64,000 nt of DNA, taken from NCBI GenBank assembly GCA_047602425.1, contig JASGHG010000001.1:4352001-4416000 (forward strand), read 5' to 3'. The DNA comes from Nibricoccus sp. GTDB taxonomy: Bacteria > Verrucomicrobiota > Verrucomicrobiia > Opitutales > Opitutaceae. The position numbers were made by a program, and so were the translations under genes. Below the pieces are notes generated by a model that saw nothing but the letters and a program-made list of their open reading frames with translations, was not told the DNA's origin and made no database searches. Shown one piece after another: positions 30,102 to 41,005 of this stretch (positions within the stretch are counted from its first letter, which is position 1; each line of letters begins with the position of its first letter).

Positions 30102-32612
30102 TTATTCGTTTTTCGCGGTCAGGCAGTCGTTTACCGCGCTGAGGAACTCGGCAATTTGGAAAGGCTTGCTCAGTACGCGGTCGACCTTGGCCTCGGTGAT
30201 CTCGCTTAGGTCGTCGGAACTCAAGCGTCCGCTGATGATCATGATGCGGCCCTTGTATTCGCCGGCGCCGCGCACGCGGCGGGCAAGTTCGATGCCATCG
30301 AGGCCGGGCATATTCACGTCGAGAATGATGAGATCGTAACGTTCCAAGTTGGCCTGAAGATGTTTCCACGCAGCGATGCCATTGGGCTCGTGGATGGGCT
30401 TGTGGCCGGCGCGTTGAAGCGACGCGATGATCGAGGAGGCTACCATTTCATCATCCTCGGCAAGGAATATGGAGTGGTTGACGGTGGTGACCGGTTGTGG
30501 AGGTTTGACCGCCGCGACAGCGGTCGGATAGCTGGCAAAAACCGGCAGGTGAATGTGGAAGGCGGAGCCCTGGCCTTTCAAGGATTCGACCTCGATGCGG
30601 CCGCTGACCTCAGTGACGAGATGCCAGACGGTCGCGAGCCCAAGTCCGGTGCCCTTGCCAACATCCTTGGTGGTGTAAAATGGTTCGAAAGCGCGCTCGC
30701 GCACCTCAGGGGTCATGCCCATGCCATTGTCGCGAATGGTGAGGCGCTGCCATCCGAGGATTTCGCGACGCGAAGGCACGCTCGGTTCGAGGCGACCCAC
30801 GGCGGTTGCGGGCAGTTGGATTGCCTCGACGCGGATGGTGGGCACCCAACCCTCGGGATGAGGACTGGCGAGTTTTTCCATCAAGGTGTCGCGAGCATTG
30901 AGGACGAGATTGAGGATGATCTGGTTGAGGTCGGTGGGATTGAAGGTGAGGGGAGGCAGGTTCGTGGGAATCACGTTCTCCCAAACGATGCGCCGGTCGA
31001 CGGTGAGTTTCAGGAGCGCCAGGCAAGCGTTGGTGATAGACGCCAGGTAGACCTGCTCGACGCGGTCGTCGACCTTGCGGCCAAAAGTCAGCAGACGGCG
31101 CGTAAGTTCGGAGGCGCGTTGGGCGGCGTCTGAAATGAGCTGGATCTCCGCGTGGAGACGGGCGTCGCCGGGCCAATCGAGTTGGATTTCGCTGGTTTTA
31201 AGCGCGATCGGCGTGAGGAGATTGTTGAATTCGTGAGCGATGCCGCCGACGAGTTCACCGATGGCGCGCAGCCGGCGGGACTGGCTGATTTCTTCGTCGA
31301 GCGTGCGACGCTCGGTAATATCCTCACCGAGCACGCAGAGACGGGGGTTGCCCTGGCCGGCCACGGGCATGGGGACGAGCGTGAAGATGATGCGCTTGGT
31401 GCTTTGCGCGAGACGGCGTTCCTCGCGAACGAGCGTGGTGATCGAAGGACGGGCGGAAAGGAGTCCGGCGAACTCAAGCAACCACTCGGTGGGTTTTTGG
31501 ACCTTATGCAGGTATTCGTTCTTGAGATTGGTTGCGGTGAGGCCGATCCAGGGTTCCGCCTGCTGATTGATGGAGAGAAATCTGTACCCGGTGGCGTCGC
31601 GCTCAAGCAGGCACACGGCCATGGGAATGTTGTCGTAAAGCGCCTGGAGGTGGGCTTGCTGAGCGGACAATTCGGCGGTCTGCCGTGCGATCAGGCGCTT
31701 AAGCACCTGCCGGTAAAAAATTCCGGCAAGGAGAAGCCCGACGATTACACAAAGAGCGATGATGCTATAGCGCAGCAGCACACGCTGGCTGACACTGGCG
31801 GTTTCGAGTTTGCCGAACCAGTGATCGTAAATGCGCTGAAATTCTCCGGTGCGATTGAGGATGGCCAGGCCCTCGTTGAGGCGCGCGAGGAGCTGCGTGT
31901 TTCCCTTGTGGACGGCGAAGCAATGGCGGATATCGTAGTCGGCGTAGGGTTCGCCGAGCATGACAACGTTTTTGTGGCCGTTGCGCTGGATGAGTGAGAG
32001 GGCGGTGAGTTGGGAAATGAAGGTGCCGGCATAGAGGCCTTTTTCGATTCCAGCGAGGGCCTCCTCGGAGGAACTCATATAAACGGCTTCGGCGCGCAGA
32101 CCCTGATCGCGCAGAAAACGTTCGCCCATGCTTCCGCGACCGATGATGGCGAATTTTTGCCCATTGAGGTCGGAAAGTTTTTTGATCGCGCCGGTTTTCG
32201 GAACAAAGATGGCGCCTTGGAGGGTTAAGAATGGTACGGAAAAATCGGTGTAGCTATCGCGTATCGGCGTCTGGCTGTAAGTTTGCAGCATATCGAATTC
32301 GCCCTCGCTGAAACGGCGATGGACTTCGATGCCGGGGGCACCGACACGCTGGATTTCCAAGTGCATGAGACGCGCGACGGCGTCGAGCAGATCGGCCGAG
32401 AAGCCCGCCAGCATGCCATCGGGCTTTGTGTAGGCGTAAGGGTAACTGTCCGCCGGCGCGCCGACAATGTAGAGACGTTTTTGTCGGTTTTCTAGTGGTG
32501 CGGCGCTGGGATTTTCTTCACCACGGCCTTGTTGACAGAAAAATACGACTCCGAAGAGCACGACGATGCGCAGCAGCGAAACGAAAACACGAAAAGACAG
32601 CTGGAGGCGCAT
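30102..32612 (-). CDS. hybrid sensor kinase (periplasmic binding domain, PAS, HisKA, HATPase, REC)
   Basis: IAHEFNNLL, NARD, EPFYTTK..GKGTGLGL, LDVNMP. Confidence 0.93.
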   Translation of the reverse strand: MRLQLSFRVFVSLLRIVVLFGVVFFCQQGRGEENPSAAPLENRQKRLYIVGAPADSYPYAYTKPDGMLAGFSADLLDAVARLMHLEIQRVGAPGIEVHRRFSEGEFDMLQTYSQTPIRDSYTDFSVPFLTLQGAIFVPKTGAIKKLSDLNGQKFAIIGRGSMGERFLRDQGLRAEAVYMSSSEEALAGIEKGLYAGTFISQLTALSLIQRNGHKNVVMLGEPYADYDIRHCFAVHKGNTQLLARLNEGLAILNRTGEFQRIYDHWFGKLETASVSQRVLLRYSIIALCVIVGLLLAGIFYRQVLKRLIARQTAELSAQQAHLQALYDNIPMAVCLLERDATGYRFLSINQQAEPWIGLTATNLKNEYLHKVQKPTEWLLEFAGLLSARPSITTLVREERRLAQSTKRIIFTLVPMPVAGQGNPRLCVLGEDITERRTLDEEISQSRRLRAIGELVGGIAHEFNNLLTPIALKTSEIQLDWPGDARLHAEIQLISDAAQRASELTRRLLTFGRKVDDRVEQVYLASITNACLALLKLTVDRRIVWENVIPTNLPPLTFNPTDLNQIILNLVLNARDTLMEKLASPHPEGWVPTIRVEAIQLPATAVGRLEPSVPSRREILGWQRLTIRDNGMGMTPEVRERAFEPFYTTKDVGKGTGLGLATVWHLVTEVSGRIEVESLKGQGSAFHIHLPVFASYPTAVAAVKPPQPVTTVNHSIFLAEDDEMVASSIIASLQRAGHKPIHEPNGIAAWKHLQANLERYDLIILDVNMPGLDGIELARRVRGAGEYKGRIMIISGRLSSDDLSEITEAKVDRVLSKPFQIAEFLSAVNDCLTAKNE

Positions 32613-32728
32613 GATTGCTCGGGGAGATAGCGAGCATGTTGAAAATCAGCTGCAATACAAGCCTTCGCCAAGGTTTCTTGAAGAAGGTTAGTTTACATAA
32701 TTTGCCGTGGGTGAGGCACAAACAACGG

Positions 32729-32756
32729 AAAAGCCCGGGCGAAAAAGGGCCCGGGC
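32729..32756 (-). terminator. intrinsic terminator
   Basis: GCCCGGGC stem + T4 on the minus strand. Confidence 0.55.
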
Positions 32757-32824
32757 ATTTGCAGCGAAAGCCAAAGAGAATGGGAATGGATACGAACTAT
32801 CTCGATTCCCTGCCAGCTGATGCT

Positions 32825-33919
32825 TTAGCGAACGACGCGGGCGCCGCCACCACCCATGAGCTTCTCGACTTCCTTGCGGGTTGCCATGGAGGTATCGCCC
32901 GGGGTCGTCGAAGCGAGCGCGCCATGAGCGGCACCGTACTCGACCGCCTTCTGGGCATCGTTGAAGGTGAGGAAGCCGAACTGCACGCCGGAGGCAAAAC
33001 TGTCGCCACCGCCAACGCGGTCGAGGATTTCGAGTTTCGGGTATTTCTTGCTCTCGTGGAATTTCCCTTCGTGCCAGAGAATCGCGCTCCAGTCATTGCT
33101 GGTGGCGGTGTGCACATGGCGGAGGGTGGTGGCTGCAACTTTGAAGTTGGGATATTCCTTCACCGCAGTTTCGATCATGGCTTTGAAGGCGTCGGTCTCG
33201 ATGTGCTTGAGGTCCTCGGCGCCCTTGACGGCGAAACCGAGCGAGGCCGTGAAATCCTCCTCGTTGCCGATCATGACGTCGACGTACTTGGCGATTTCAC
33301 GGTTCACTTCCTGCGCCTTCTTCAGGCCGCCGATGGATTTCCAGAGCGATGGACGATAGTTGAGATCGTAGCTGACGATCGTGCCGTGTTTCTTGGCGGC
33401 TTTGACCGCTTCGATCACGACGTCGGCCGTGGAAGCAGAAAGAGCCGCGAAAATGCCGCCGGTGTGAAGCCAGCGCACGCCGAGTTTGCCGAAGATGTGT
33501 TCCCAATCGAAGTCACCGGGCTTGAGCTGCGAGGCTGCCGTGTTGCCACGATCGGAAACGCCAACCGCGCCGCGGACGCCGAAGCCGCGCTCGGTGAAGT
33601 TTAGGCCATTGCGAATGGATCGGCCAATGCCATCGTCTTCGCGCCACTTGATGAAGTCAGTCGCGACGCCGCCTTGCATGATGAAGTCTTCGACAAGGTG
33701 GCCGACTTCGTTGTCAACAAAAGCGGTGCAGACGGCCGTCTTCAGGCCGAAACATTTGCGCAGGCCGCGCGAGGTATTGTATTCGCCGCCGCCTTCCCAG
33801 GCGGTGAAGGAGCGGGTGGTGCGGATGCGGTCCTCGCCGGGGTCAAGACGAAGCATGACCTCGCCGAGCGAGATCTGGTCGAATGCACATTGATTGGCAG
33901 GTTTGATTTGGAGGCTCAT
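32825..33919 (-). CDS. PfkB sugar kinase, KDG-kinase-like
   Basis: GEVMLRL, GGGEYN, DLNYR, GNEED, DRVGGGDSF. Confidence 0.9.
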   Translation of the reverse strand: MSLQIKPANQCAFDQISLGEVMLRLDPGEDRIRTTRSFTAWEGGGEYNTSRGLRKCFGLKTAVCTAFVDNEVGHLVEDFIMQGGVATDFIKWREDDGIGRSIRNGLNFTERGFGVRGAVGVSDRGNTAASQLKPGDFDWEHIFGKLGVRWLHTGGIFAALSASTADVVIEAVKAAKKHGTIVSYDLNYRPSLWKSIGGLKKAQEVNREIAKYVDVMIGNEEDFTASLGFAVKGAEDLKHIETDAFKAMIETAVKEYPNFKVAATTLRHVHTATSNDWSAILWHEGKFHESKKYPKLEILDRVGGGDSFASGVQFGFLTFNDAQKAVEYGAAHGALASTTPGDTSMATRKEVEKLMGGGGARVVR

Positions 33920-34030
33920 GGTTTGGGAAATAGGCAACGACATCGGAGCGAAACCAACCAGCGCAGTCAACAAGCGAGGTGGACAGGTGTCCGTTTCAAG
34001 GCCGGCACACGGTTGAGATTAGTTACCCGT

Positions 34031-34258
34031 ATGGGACTTGTGCAGTCGTTTAATAGGCATGCTGGAAGTAATTATGACAACTTCGTCATTTTAGCCGACC
34101 CTATGGGAAAGTTGTGGGGTCGCATTTTCGACAAGGCGACGAATCAACCGGTGGAACACGTAACGGTTGAACTGAAGAAAAAGGACGGCGCGAAAACGCT
34201 TTTTGTGGGCATCACGGATAATATTGGTAAATTCGTGCTCGAAGGTGTTGGCGGCTGA
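34031..34258 (+). pseudogene. possible remnant of a carboxypeptidase-regulatory-like domain (as at TonB receptor N-termini)
   Basis: GRIFDKATNQPVEHVTVEL...TDNIGKFVLEGV then an abrupt stop. Confidence 0.45.
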
Positions 34259-34266
34259 TCAAGGTT

Positions 34267-34298
34267 AAAAAAAAACGCCCGCCGGAGTAGGCGGGCGT
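34267..34298 (-). terminator. intrinsic terminator
   Basis: CGCCCGCC/GGCGGGCG stem + T9. Confidence 0.85.
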
Positions 34299-34307
34299 GA
34301 TGGAAAA

Positions 34308-35690
34308 TTATTTTGCCTCTGGTGGTCGGTTTTGGCCGGGAGCGTCGAAGCATTCCTCGGGCTTTTTGACGCGGAGGCTGTCGCCTTCGGCTGACTTGTT
34401 GTCTTTCCAGCGGGGTAGCGTGAGCGTGAAGGTGGCGCCTTTGCCCACGCCGTCGCTTTCGGCCGAGAGCGATCCGTTCATTTGTTTGGCGGCAAGAGCG
34501 GAAGAATGGAGGCCGAAGCCGTGGCCATCTTTGCGCGTGGTGAAACCATGCGAGAATATCTTGGTGAGATTTTCCGCCGGAATACCGATGCCATTGTCGA
34601 TGACCTTCATCAGGATCGTCTCGTCGGGGCCGTTTTCGACGCGGATCAGCATGCGACGTTGCGAGGGCTCTTTGCAGTCCATGGCTTTTTTCGCATTGCT
34701 GATGAGATTAACGAGGATCTGAAGAACCTTGTGACGTTCGGCGCGCGCGGCGGGCGTTTGTGCGATTTGTTTTTCAACGTGAACGTTGTGCCGCTGCAGC
34801 GCATTGGTGCTGAGTTTTATCGCGTCTTCGATGGTTTCGGAGGGAACGAGTGGTTCGACCATGCCGGCGACAGAGGCGTAGCTCTGCTGCATCCAGATGA
34901 TGTCCTTAATGTGGTCGATGCTCTTGAGGAGCGTCGAGAGATCGGCCATGGTGTCGACACGTTCCTTGTCGAGATTGTTGGCGAGGCTCTCAAGGTAGGT
35001 TGGGAGTTTTCCGGCGCGCGGATCCTTGGCGAAAAACTCGCCGAGGTTGTTCTGATTGTCGCGAAGAAGTGCGCAGACTTTAAAAATGCTGGTGACTTTC
35101 GAATCGCGGAAACGGTCGGAAATCAAATTGGCGGTGACGTTGATCGAGGTGAGGACGTTGCCAACATTGTGAAGAACACCCGTGGCGACCTCGGCCATGC
35201 CGGCCTGACGCGTGGCTTCCATCAGCTGGCGATTGGAGTCTTCGAGGGCTTTTTGCGTTTCGACGGATTTGGTGACGTCGCGGCTCATGCCGAACGTGCC
35301 GATGATTTTGCCCTGCTGATCGCGCCACGGCAGTTTGCTAGTGACGACCCAGGTCACGCGCCCGTCGGGCCAGACTTCTTTTTCGAGTTTTTCCAAAATG
35401 GGCTGCCCTGTTTGCATGATGGCCTGTTCATCGGCGAACGCGTTTCGCGCGTGCGCATCGGCAAAGAAATCGAAATCGGTTTTGCCGATGTAGTCCTCCA
35501 CTTTTTTGCCGTCGCGCAGAGCCTTGGCCTTGCTCAGCGTGATGAAGCGTGACTGCAGATCCTTAAAATAGATCTGGTCGGGAATGTTATCCAGGAAGGC
35601 GCTGAGGAGCAGGTTCTCGATATTGGGAATCGGCGAGCCGGAAGCGGTGGTGGGCACGGGGTGGGCGGGATTTTCCTGGGGCTGACTCAT
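34308..35690 (-). CDS. cytoplasmic PAS histidine kinase
   Basis: PAS (IYFKD..GKTDFDFF), LHNVGNVL, GHGFGLH. Confidence 0.92.
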   Translation of the reverse strand: MSQPQENPAHPVPTTASGSPIPNIENLLLSAFLDNIPDQIYFKDLQSRFITLSKAKALRDGKKVEDYIGKTDFDFFADAHARNAFADEQAIMQTGQPILEKLEKEVWPDGRVTWVVTSKLPWRDQQGKIIGTFGMSRDVTKSVETQKALEDSNRQLMEATRQAGMAEVATGVLHNVGNVLTSINVTANLISDRFRDSKVTSIFKVCALLRDNQNNLGEFFAKDPRAGKLPTYLESLANNLDKERVDTMADLSTLLKSIDHIKDIIWMQQSYASVAGMVEPLVPSETIEDAIKLSTNALQRHNVHVEKQIAQTPAARAERHKVLQILVNLISNAKKAMDCKEPSQRRMLIRVENGPDETILMKVIDNGIGIPAENLTKIFSHGFTTRKDGHGFGLHSSALAAKQMNGSLSAESDGVGKGATFTLTLPRWKDNKSAEGDSLRVKKPEECFDAPGQNRPPEAK

Positions 35691-35692
35691 GG

Positions 35693-37930
35693 TTAGAAGG
35701 GGCGGTTGGTTGAACGTGCTTTGTTAATGGCGTCGATGTTGCGTTGGAGAGCTTCGCGAATGCCGGCGATCGTAACGGGTTTTGAGAGGTAGTCGTCCAT
35801 GCCGGCTTGCAGGAGGCGTTCGCGTTCCGTGGGAAGAGCGTTGGCGGTGAGGGCGATGAGGCGCAAATGCTTTTTATACCTGACATCGCCGCCAGCTTGG
35901 GCCTTGCGAATGATTTGGGTGGCTTCCACGCCGTCGAGGACGGGCATTTGTTCGTCCATGAACACGATGTCGTACGGGGTGCGCTGGAGCGCGGAAATGG
36001 CCTGCTGCCCGTCATTGGCGAAGTCCGCGGTGTAGCCGAGCCTTTGGAGCTGGTGGCCGGTTACGGTGCGGTTGACGGCATTGTCATCCACCACGAGAAT
36101 GCTGAGCGCTGCATTGGTTCGGAAAAGCGGGGTTTCGACGAGGGCGCTTTCCGCCACACCCGAACCGGGCGCCATGGTCTCGATGATGGTGTTGAAAAGA
36201 GGCGTGGGTTTGACGGGTTTGAGCAGGCAGGCAGAGAGACAATATTGCTTGAGTTGCTCGCCCGTTAGGTGATCGCCGAGGGAGGTGATGAGCACCATTT
36301 TCGGCCGCGGAATGTCGAGATTGGACGCGATGCTCGTGGCAACGGCCAGTCCGTCCATTTCCGGCATGTGGTAGTCGAGCAGCACCAAATCGTATGGCAT
36401 GCCTTCCATCACGGCATGCTTGAGAGCGGTGAGCGCGGCGGGGCCGCTGTCGACGGAGTCGTGCGCCACCTGGCGGTAGGTTAGCTGATGATGGAGAACT
36501 TTGCGGTTGGTTTCGTTGTCGTCGACAATAAGGACGCGTTTTGCGGGAATGGCAAAAGGGGTGGCGCTGGGAGGCGAAGGCTGGGCGTGCTCAAGACAGG
36601 CGGTGAACCAGAATTTACTTCCTTTTCCTGGTTCGCCGATCACGCCGATTTCGCCGCCCATCATTTCCACGAGGCGTTTGCAGATCGCGAGGCCGAGTCC
36701 GGTGCCGCCATATTTGCGGCTCGTGGAGTTATCGCCCTGGGTGAAGGGCTGGAAAAGTATTTCCTGAACCTTTTGCGAGATGCCAATTCCGGTGTCGGAC
36801 ACTTCGAACCGCACAGTCAGCTCCTGCGCGCTGAAGCGTTCCAAGGTGACATGCAGGAAAACTTCGCCCTGATCGGTGAATTTGACGGCGTTGCCGAGAA
36901 GATTGAAAAGCACCTGGCGCAACCGCGTGGCATCGCCACGGAGGCGTCGTGGAACCTCGTTTTCAATGAGGCAGGCCAGTTCGAGCTTTTTGCTGGCGGC
37001 GGGCTGGGCCTGCACGTCGAGCGCGGAATTGACGACGTCGGCGAGAGTGAAATCGGTTTTTTCCAGGATGACCTTGCCGGCCTCGATCTTGGAGAAGTCG
37101 AGGATTTCGTTGACCACGGTCAGCAGGGCTTCGCCGCTATGGCAGAGCGTCTGGACGAAATCCCGCTGGAGATTGGTTAAGTCGGTTTGAAGCAGAAGGT
37201 CCCCCATGCCAATGATGCCATTGAGGGGAGTGCGCACCTCGTGGCTCATGTTTGCGAGGAACATGCTTTTCGCATGGTTGGCGGCCTCGGCGGCGTCCTT
37301 GGCCTTGAGGAGCTCGACTTCGATATTGGTTCTTTCGATGATTTCGGAAGAGAGCTTGCGATTGGTCGCCATCAACTCGGCCGTGCGCTCGGCGACGGCC
37401 TGTTCGAGATTCTGCACGCGCGTGCGCGTCTGTTGCAGCAACGACCATTTTTCGGTGAGGGTATTGGCGATCTGGCGGACCTCGATGTTGTCGAAAGGTT
37501 TTTTGAGAATGAGCAGGCGGTCGCTCATTCCAAGGCGTTTTATAACCTCTTCCCAGGAGTAATCGGAGTAGGCGGTGCAGAGCACGGCCTGCAAATCGGG
37601 ATCTATTCTCCAAATGCGTTCAAGGGCCTCGACGCCGTCAATGCCCGGGGGCATGCGCACGTCGACGAACGCCATGGCGTAGGGTTTTCCAGCGGTGATG
37701 GCCTGGGAAACTTTTTCAATGCCGTCGAGCCCCTGATAGGCGGAGTCGATGTGATAAAAATTTTCCTCCGCGAAAGGCGCGCGACTTAAGGCGCCAAACA
37801 ATTCCTTCTCCAAATCGTCCAGACCCTTTTTCGATTCATCCCTCGGACGCAAAATCCGCGAAAAATCCTCGTGGATGGCGTGGTTGTCGTCGATGACGAG
37901 AATGCGTCGGTTTTTTTCGTGAGCGGACAT
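35693..37930 (-). CDS. hybrid kinase REC-HisKA-HATPase-REC-REC
   Basis: [24 protein letters not shown], two further receiver domains. Confidence 0.93.
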   Translation of the reverse strand: MSAHEKNRRILVIDDNHAIHEDFSRILRPRDESKKGLDDLEKELFGALSRAPFAEENFYHIDSAYQGLDGIEKVSQAITAGKPYAMAFVDVRMPPGIDGVEALERIWRIDPDLQAVLCTAYSDYSWEEVIKRLGMSDRLLILKKPFDNIEVRQIANTLTEKWSLLQQTRTRVQNLEQAVAERTAELMATNRKLSSEIIERTNIEVELLKAKDAAEAANHAKSMFLANMSHEVRTPLNGIIGMGDLLLQTDLTNLQRDFVQTLCHSGEALLTVVNEILDFSKIEAGKVILEKTDFTLADVVNSALDVQAQPAASKKLELACLIENEVPRRLRGDATRLRQVLFNLLGNAVKFTDQGEVFLHVTLERFSAQELTVRFEVSDTGIGISQKVQEILFQPFTQGDNSTSRKYGGTGLGLAICKRLVEMMGGEIGVIGEPGKGSKFWFTACLEHAQPSPPSATPFAIPAKRVLIVDDNETNRKVLHHQLTYRQVAHDSVDSGPAALTALKHAVMEGMPYDLVLLDYHMPEMDGLAVATSIASNLDIPRPKMVLITSLGDHLTGEQLKQYCLSACLLKPVKPTPLFNTIIETMAPGSGVAESALVETPLFRTNAALSILVVDDNAVNRTVTGHQLQRLGYTADFANDGQQAISALQRTPYDIVFMDEQMPVLDGVEATQIIRKAQAGGDVRYKKHLRLIALTANALPTERERLLQAGMDDYLSKPVTIAGIREALQRNIDAINKARSTNRPF

Positions 37931-38012
37931 GAAAGCGTTTGAAGGCGGGAGGGGAACGCGGGCTGCGGGCGAGGGCTCGCGTAAAAACTTTGGGAAAGAA
38001 TGAGCTGATTCA

Positions 38013-38039
38013 ATATCGACGCAATTCTATGCAGCTTGA
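38013..38039 (-). promoter_or_regulatory. putative sigma28 (FliA) promoter
   Basis: TCAAG-N14-GTCGATAT, 83 nt upstream of the ATG. Confidence 0.6.
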
Positions 38040-38195
38040 GGTGTTTACCCTCGTTTTCGTGCGACGACAAAGTAGGTAACATTTAAAACTACTGTAGGTC
38101 TTCGATGGGTGAAGTCCGCCCATTGCAAGTGGTTAGCAAGGTGTCGGATGATTTGCAAAATTGGTTAGGGTTTTTACCCGATCCGCGTTGCGCAC

Positions 38196-38224
38196 AAAAA
38201 AACCGCGGTTTTGACCGCGGCTTT
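38196..38224 (-). terminator. intrinsic terminator
   Basis: CCGCGGT/ACCGCGG stem + T7. Confidence 0.8.
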
Positions 38225-38256
38225 GGAAAGCGAGTTTTGCCTTGAAAACGTAGAGC

Positions 38257-39531
38257 TTACTGCTCGAAACGTCCGCGATACGCCCAGAGGCCAAGCGCGG
38301 GATTCGAGATGTAGAAGAACTTCTCGCCGTCGGCTCCGGTGTTCCAGCCATCCTTGAGCTTTTCCGGGTTGTAACGCGCAGTCATCGTCTTGAGGTCGGC
38401 ATACTTGAAACCTACGCTCTCGATCTCGGCCTGCGTGAGATGACCGGGGCAATAAGTGATGTTGAAACGGCCTTCGCTCGAACCGTGGATCAAGTGCGCG
38501 GCGGCGCTCAGGTTATTGCGGAGCTCCTCGTTGGCCTTCGTCGCGGCGAGTGTCTTGGGCGTGCCGAAATAACCGTACTTCCTAATCAGCCGGTCGATCT
38601 CGTGGTCTTCACCGAACTCTTTCAAACCGGGAGCGAGAATGATAAGCTCGCCCTTGTCGGCCATGGCCATGCGGGTGCGGTAAATGGCCTTGTTGCCGAG
38701 CCAGGTGCTCTTGAATTCCGATGGATCGAGGTAAACGACGACTTTGTTGAGTTGCACGTCGAGCATCTGGAAGTTGACCTCAAGCGAGAGCTTGGCGGCC
38801 TTGTTGAACACCTCGTGATCGTCGCCGATGTAGAGCCCGCGCACGTGGAGTTTGCCGTCTTCGCCGCGGCCGACCACGGTGTGAATATATACGATCGGCA
38901 AGTGGCTGGTGAACTTCTCGCCGGCGTAGTTGAGGATTTTGCGCACGGGGGTGTTGGCGCGGCCCATCATGCGTTCCATGCCGTAGGCGGCGCCGACGAA
39001 ATGGCTCTTGTTGATGCCCTCCTGGCCGCCGGTGCCGACGAAGATGTTCTTGTTGTAGTTCGCCATGCCGATGACCTCGTGGGGAACCACTTGACCGATG
39101 GAAAGTATCAGATCGTGTTTGCCGGTGGCGATGAGGTTGGCAACCTGTGCGGGCCACGGGAAATCGACGGCGCCTTCGGAAACTTCCTTCACGAATTCCG
39201 CCGGCACGGTGCCGACGGTTGTGATGCCGGTGCGCCAGTTGTGTACGCGGAAAAGCGATTCGGGCACGCCGGGGAACATCTCGTGGATCTGCTCGGATGT
39301 CATCGGCGAATGCGTGCCGAGAGCGGGGAGGACGTCGGTTAGATTTTTGCCGTAGTACTCGTGGACGAGGCTGGTGAGGCGTCCGGCCTGCGAGTGGAAG
39401 CGAGTGAAGTCCGGTGGCACGGCGAGCACGCGTTTGCGGGCGCCGAGTTTGTCGAGGGCCTGTTTGAGGGCCGCGCGCATATCGTCGACGGAAATTTTAT
39501 CGGTAGGGGAGCCGCGTTCGAAGTAGAGCAT
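38257..39531 (-). CDS. LarA/DUF2088-family 2-hydroxyacid racemase/epimerase
   Basis: PPDFTR, ALGTH, HNW, VVPHEVIG...K. Confidence 0.82.
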   Translation of the reverse strand: MLYFERGSPTDKISVDDMRAALKQALDKLGARKRVLAVPPDFTRFHSQAGRLTSLVHEYYGKNLTDVLPALGTHSPMTSEQIHEMFPGVPESLFRVHNWRTGITTVGTVPAEFVKEVSEGAVDFPWPAQVANLIATGKHDLILSIGQVVPHEVIGMANYNKNIFVGTGGQEGINKSHFVGAAYGMERMMGRANTPVRKILNYAGEKFTSHLPIVYIHTVVGRGEDGKLHVRGLYIGDDHEVFNKAAKLSLEVNFQMLDVQLNKVVVYLDPSEFKSTWLGNKAIYRTRMAMADKGELIILAPGLKEFGEDHEIDRLIRKYGYFGTPKTLAATKANEELRNNLSAAAHLIHGSSEGRFNITYCPGHLTQAEIESVGFKYADLKTMTARYNPEKLKDGWNTGADGEKFFYISNPALGLWAYRGRFEQ

Positions 39532-39553
39532 GGGAGAAGGATTCGGAAGAGAG

Positions 39554-39782
39554 GCCCAAGGTCAGAAGCCGGAGGCCAGATGTCGGTTTCGGAGGTCGGA
39601 AGTCGGAAGTCAGAGTTCGGAGTGTGCAGAATGGAAAACAGAGGCCGGAGACCGGAGAACAAACGTGATCATATTTGTTAAAGAAGCGAGCGTCCGAAAA
39701 GCAAAAGACCGCGAAGCATGAAGGCTCGCGGTCTTATTGTTTTCAAATGCTGGTATCCGGCATCTGGCTTCTAGCCTCTGGT
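39554..39782. repeat. palindromic heptamer-repeat element (GYCRGAR type) with internal terminator-like hairpin (39703-39735)
   Basis: About 12 direct heptamers at 39554-39657; 5 inverted heptamers at 39748-39782. Confidence 0.8.
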
Positions 39783-39786
39783 TCGA

Positions 39787-40869
39787 TCAGCGTTGGATGC
39801 GGGCGGAGCCGCCTTTGGCGAAGGCTTTCACCTGTTCGACCGTCGCCATGGTGGTGTCGCCGGGGAAGGTGGTGAGCAGCGCGCCATGCGACCAGCCGAG
39901 GTTGACGGATTCCTGTTCGGAAGCGCCGCTGAGCAAGCCGTAGAAGAAGCCGGTCGCGTAACCGTCGCCGCCGCCGACGCGATCGACGACGTCGAGTTCG
40001 CACATCGGGGATTGGTAGGTCTTGCCGTTGACCCAAGCGACCGCGCCCCAAGTGTGGCGGTTGGTCGAGTGAACTTCGCGCAACGTCGTCGCGACGGCTT
40101 TCACGTTCGGGAATTTCTTGGTGGCCTTTTCGATGACGGCGTAGAACGCGGTCGGATCGAGCTTCGACTTCGACTCGACGTCCTGGCCTTCGATGCCGAG
40201 GCCCTTCTGAAGGTCTTCTTCGTTGCCGACGAGAACGTCGACGTGCTGCACAATGCGGCCGAGCACATCGAGCGCCTTGGACTGGCCGCCCCAGATGTCC
40301 CAGAGCTTTTGACGGTAGTTGAGGTCGAAGGAGGTGATTGCACCGGCCTTCTTGGCGGCCTGCATGGCTTCGACGATCAGTTCGCCGGTCGTTTCCGACA
40401 GCGCCGCGAAGATGCCGCCGCTATGGAACCAACGCACGCCCTGTCCAAAAATTTGTGCCCAATCGAAGTCGCCCTTCTTGAGCTGACCGGCGGCTTCGTT
40501 GGAACGGTTATAAAACACCACCGGAGCGCGCACGCCCTGGCCGCGATCGGAGTAAACGGTCGCCATATTCGGGCCGCGCACGCCGTCGTGTTTGAACTTC
40601 TTGTAGAAAGGTTTCACGCCCATCGCGCGCACGCGTTCCGCGATCAAATCGCCGATCGGGTAATCGACCATGGCGCTCGCGACCGCGGTATTCAGGCGGA
40701 AGCAATCCGAGAGATTGGCCGAAACGTTGAACTCGCCGCCACTGACATGAATGTCGCAATGGTTTGCCTTGCGAAAGGGGATGATACCGGGATCGAGGCG
40801 ATGAACCAGCGCGCCGAGCGAGAGAAAATCGATGGCGCCATCTTGGCGGATATTCAGGGAGTTACTCAT
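39787..40869 (-). CDS. PfkB sugar kinase, KDG-kinase-like (paralogue of 32825-33919)
   Basis: SGGEFN, DLNYR, GNEED, DRVGGGDG. Confidence 0.9.
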   Translation of the reverse strand: MSNSLNIRQDGAIDFLSLGALVHRLDPGIIPFRKANHCDIHVSGGEFNVSANLSDCFRLNTAVASAMVDYPIGDLIAERVRAMGVKPFYKKFKHDGVRGPNMATVYSDRGQGVRAPVVFYNRSNEAAGQLKKGDFDWAQIFGQGVRWFHSGGIFAALSETTGELIVEAMQAAKKAGAITSFDLNYRQKLWDIWGGQSKALDVLGRIVQHVDVLVGNEEDLQKGLGIEGQDVESKSKLDPTAFYAVIEKATKKFPNVKAVATTLREVHSTNRHTWGAVAWVNGKTYQSPMCELDVVDRVGGGDGYATGFFYGLLSGASEQESVNLGWSHGALLTTFPGDTTMATVEQVKAFAKGGSARIQR

Positions 40870-41005
40870 ATTTGTGGAGGTTGTGTATGGTATGGGAGTG
40901 TGTGACGAAAGGGAGCCGCGAACCTACCGGTTTGGCGGTGAATGAAAAGCAAAAATACGGCGTCGTGTCTTCGGGTGCGCATTCCTTGTCATCTCAAGAC
41001 ATTGG

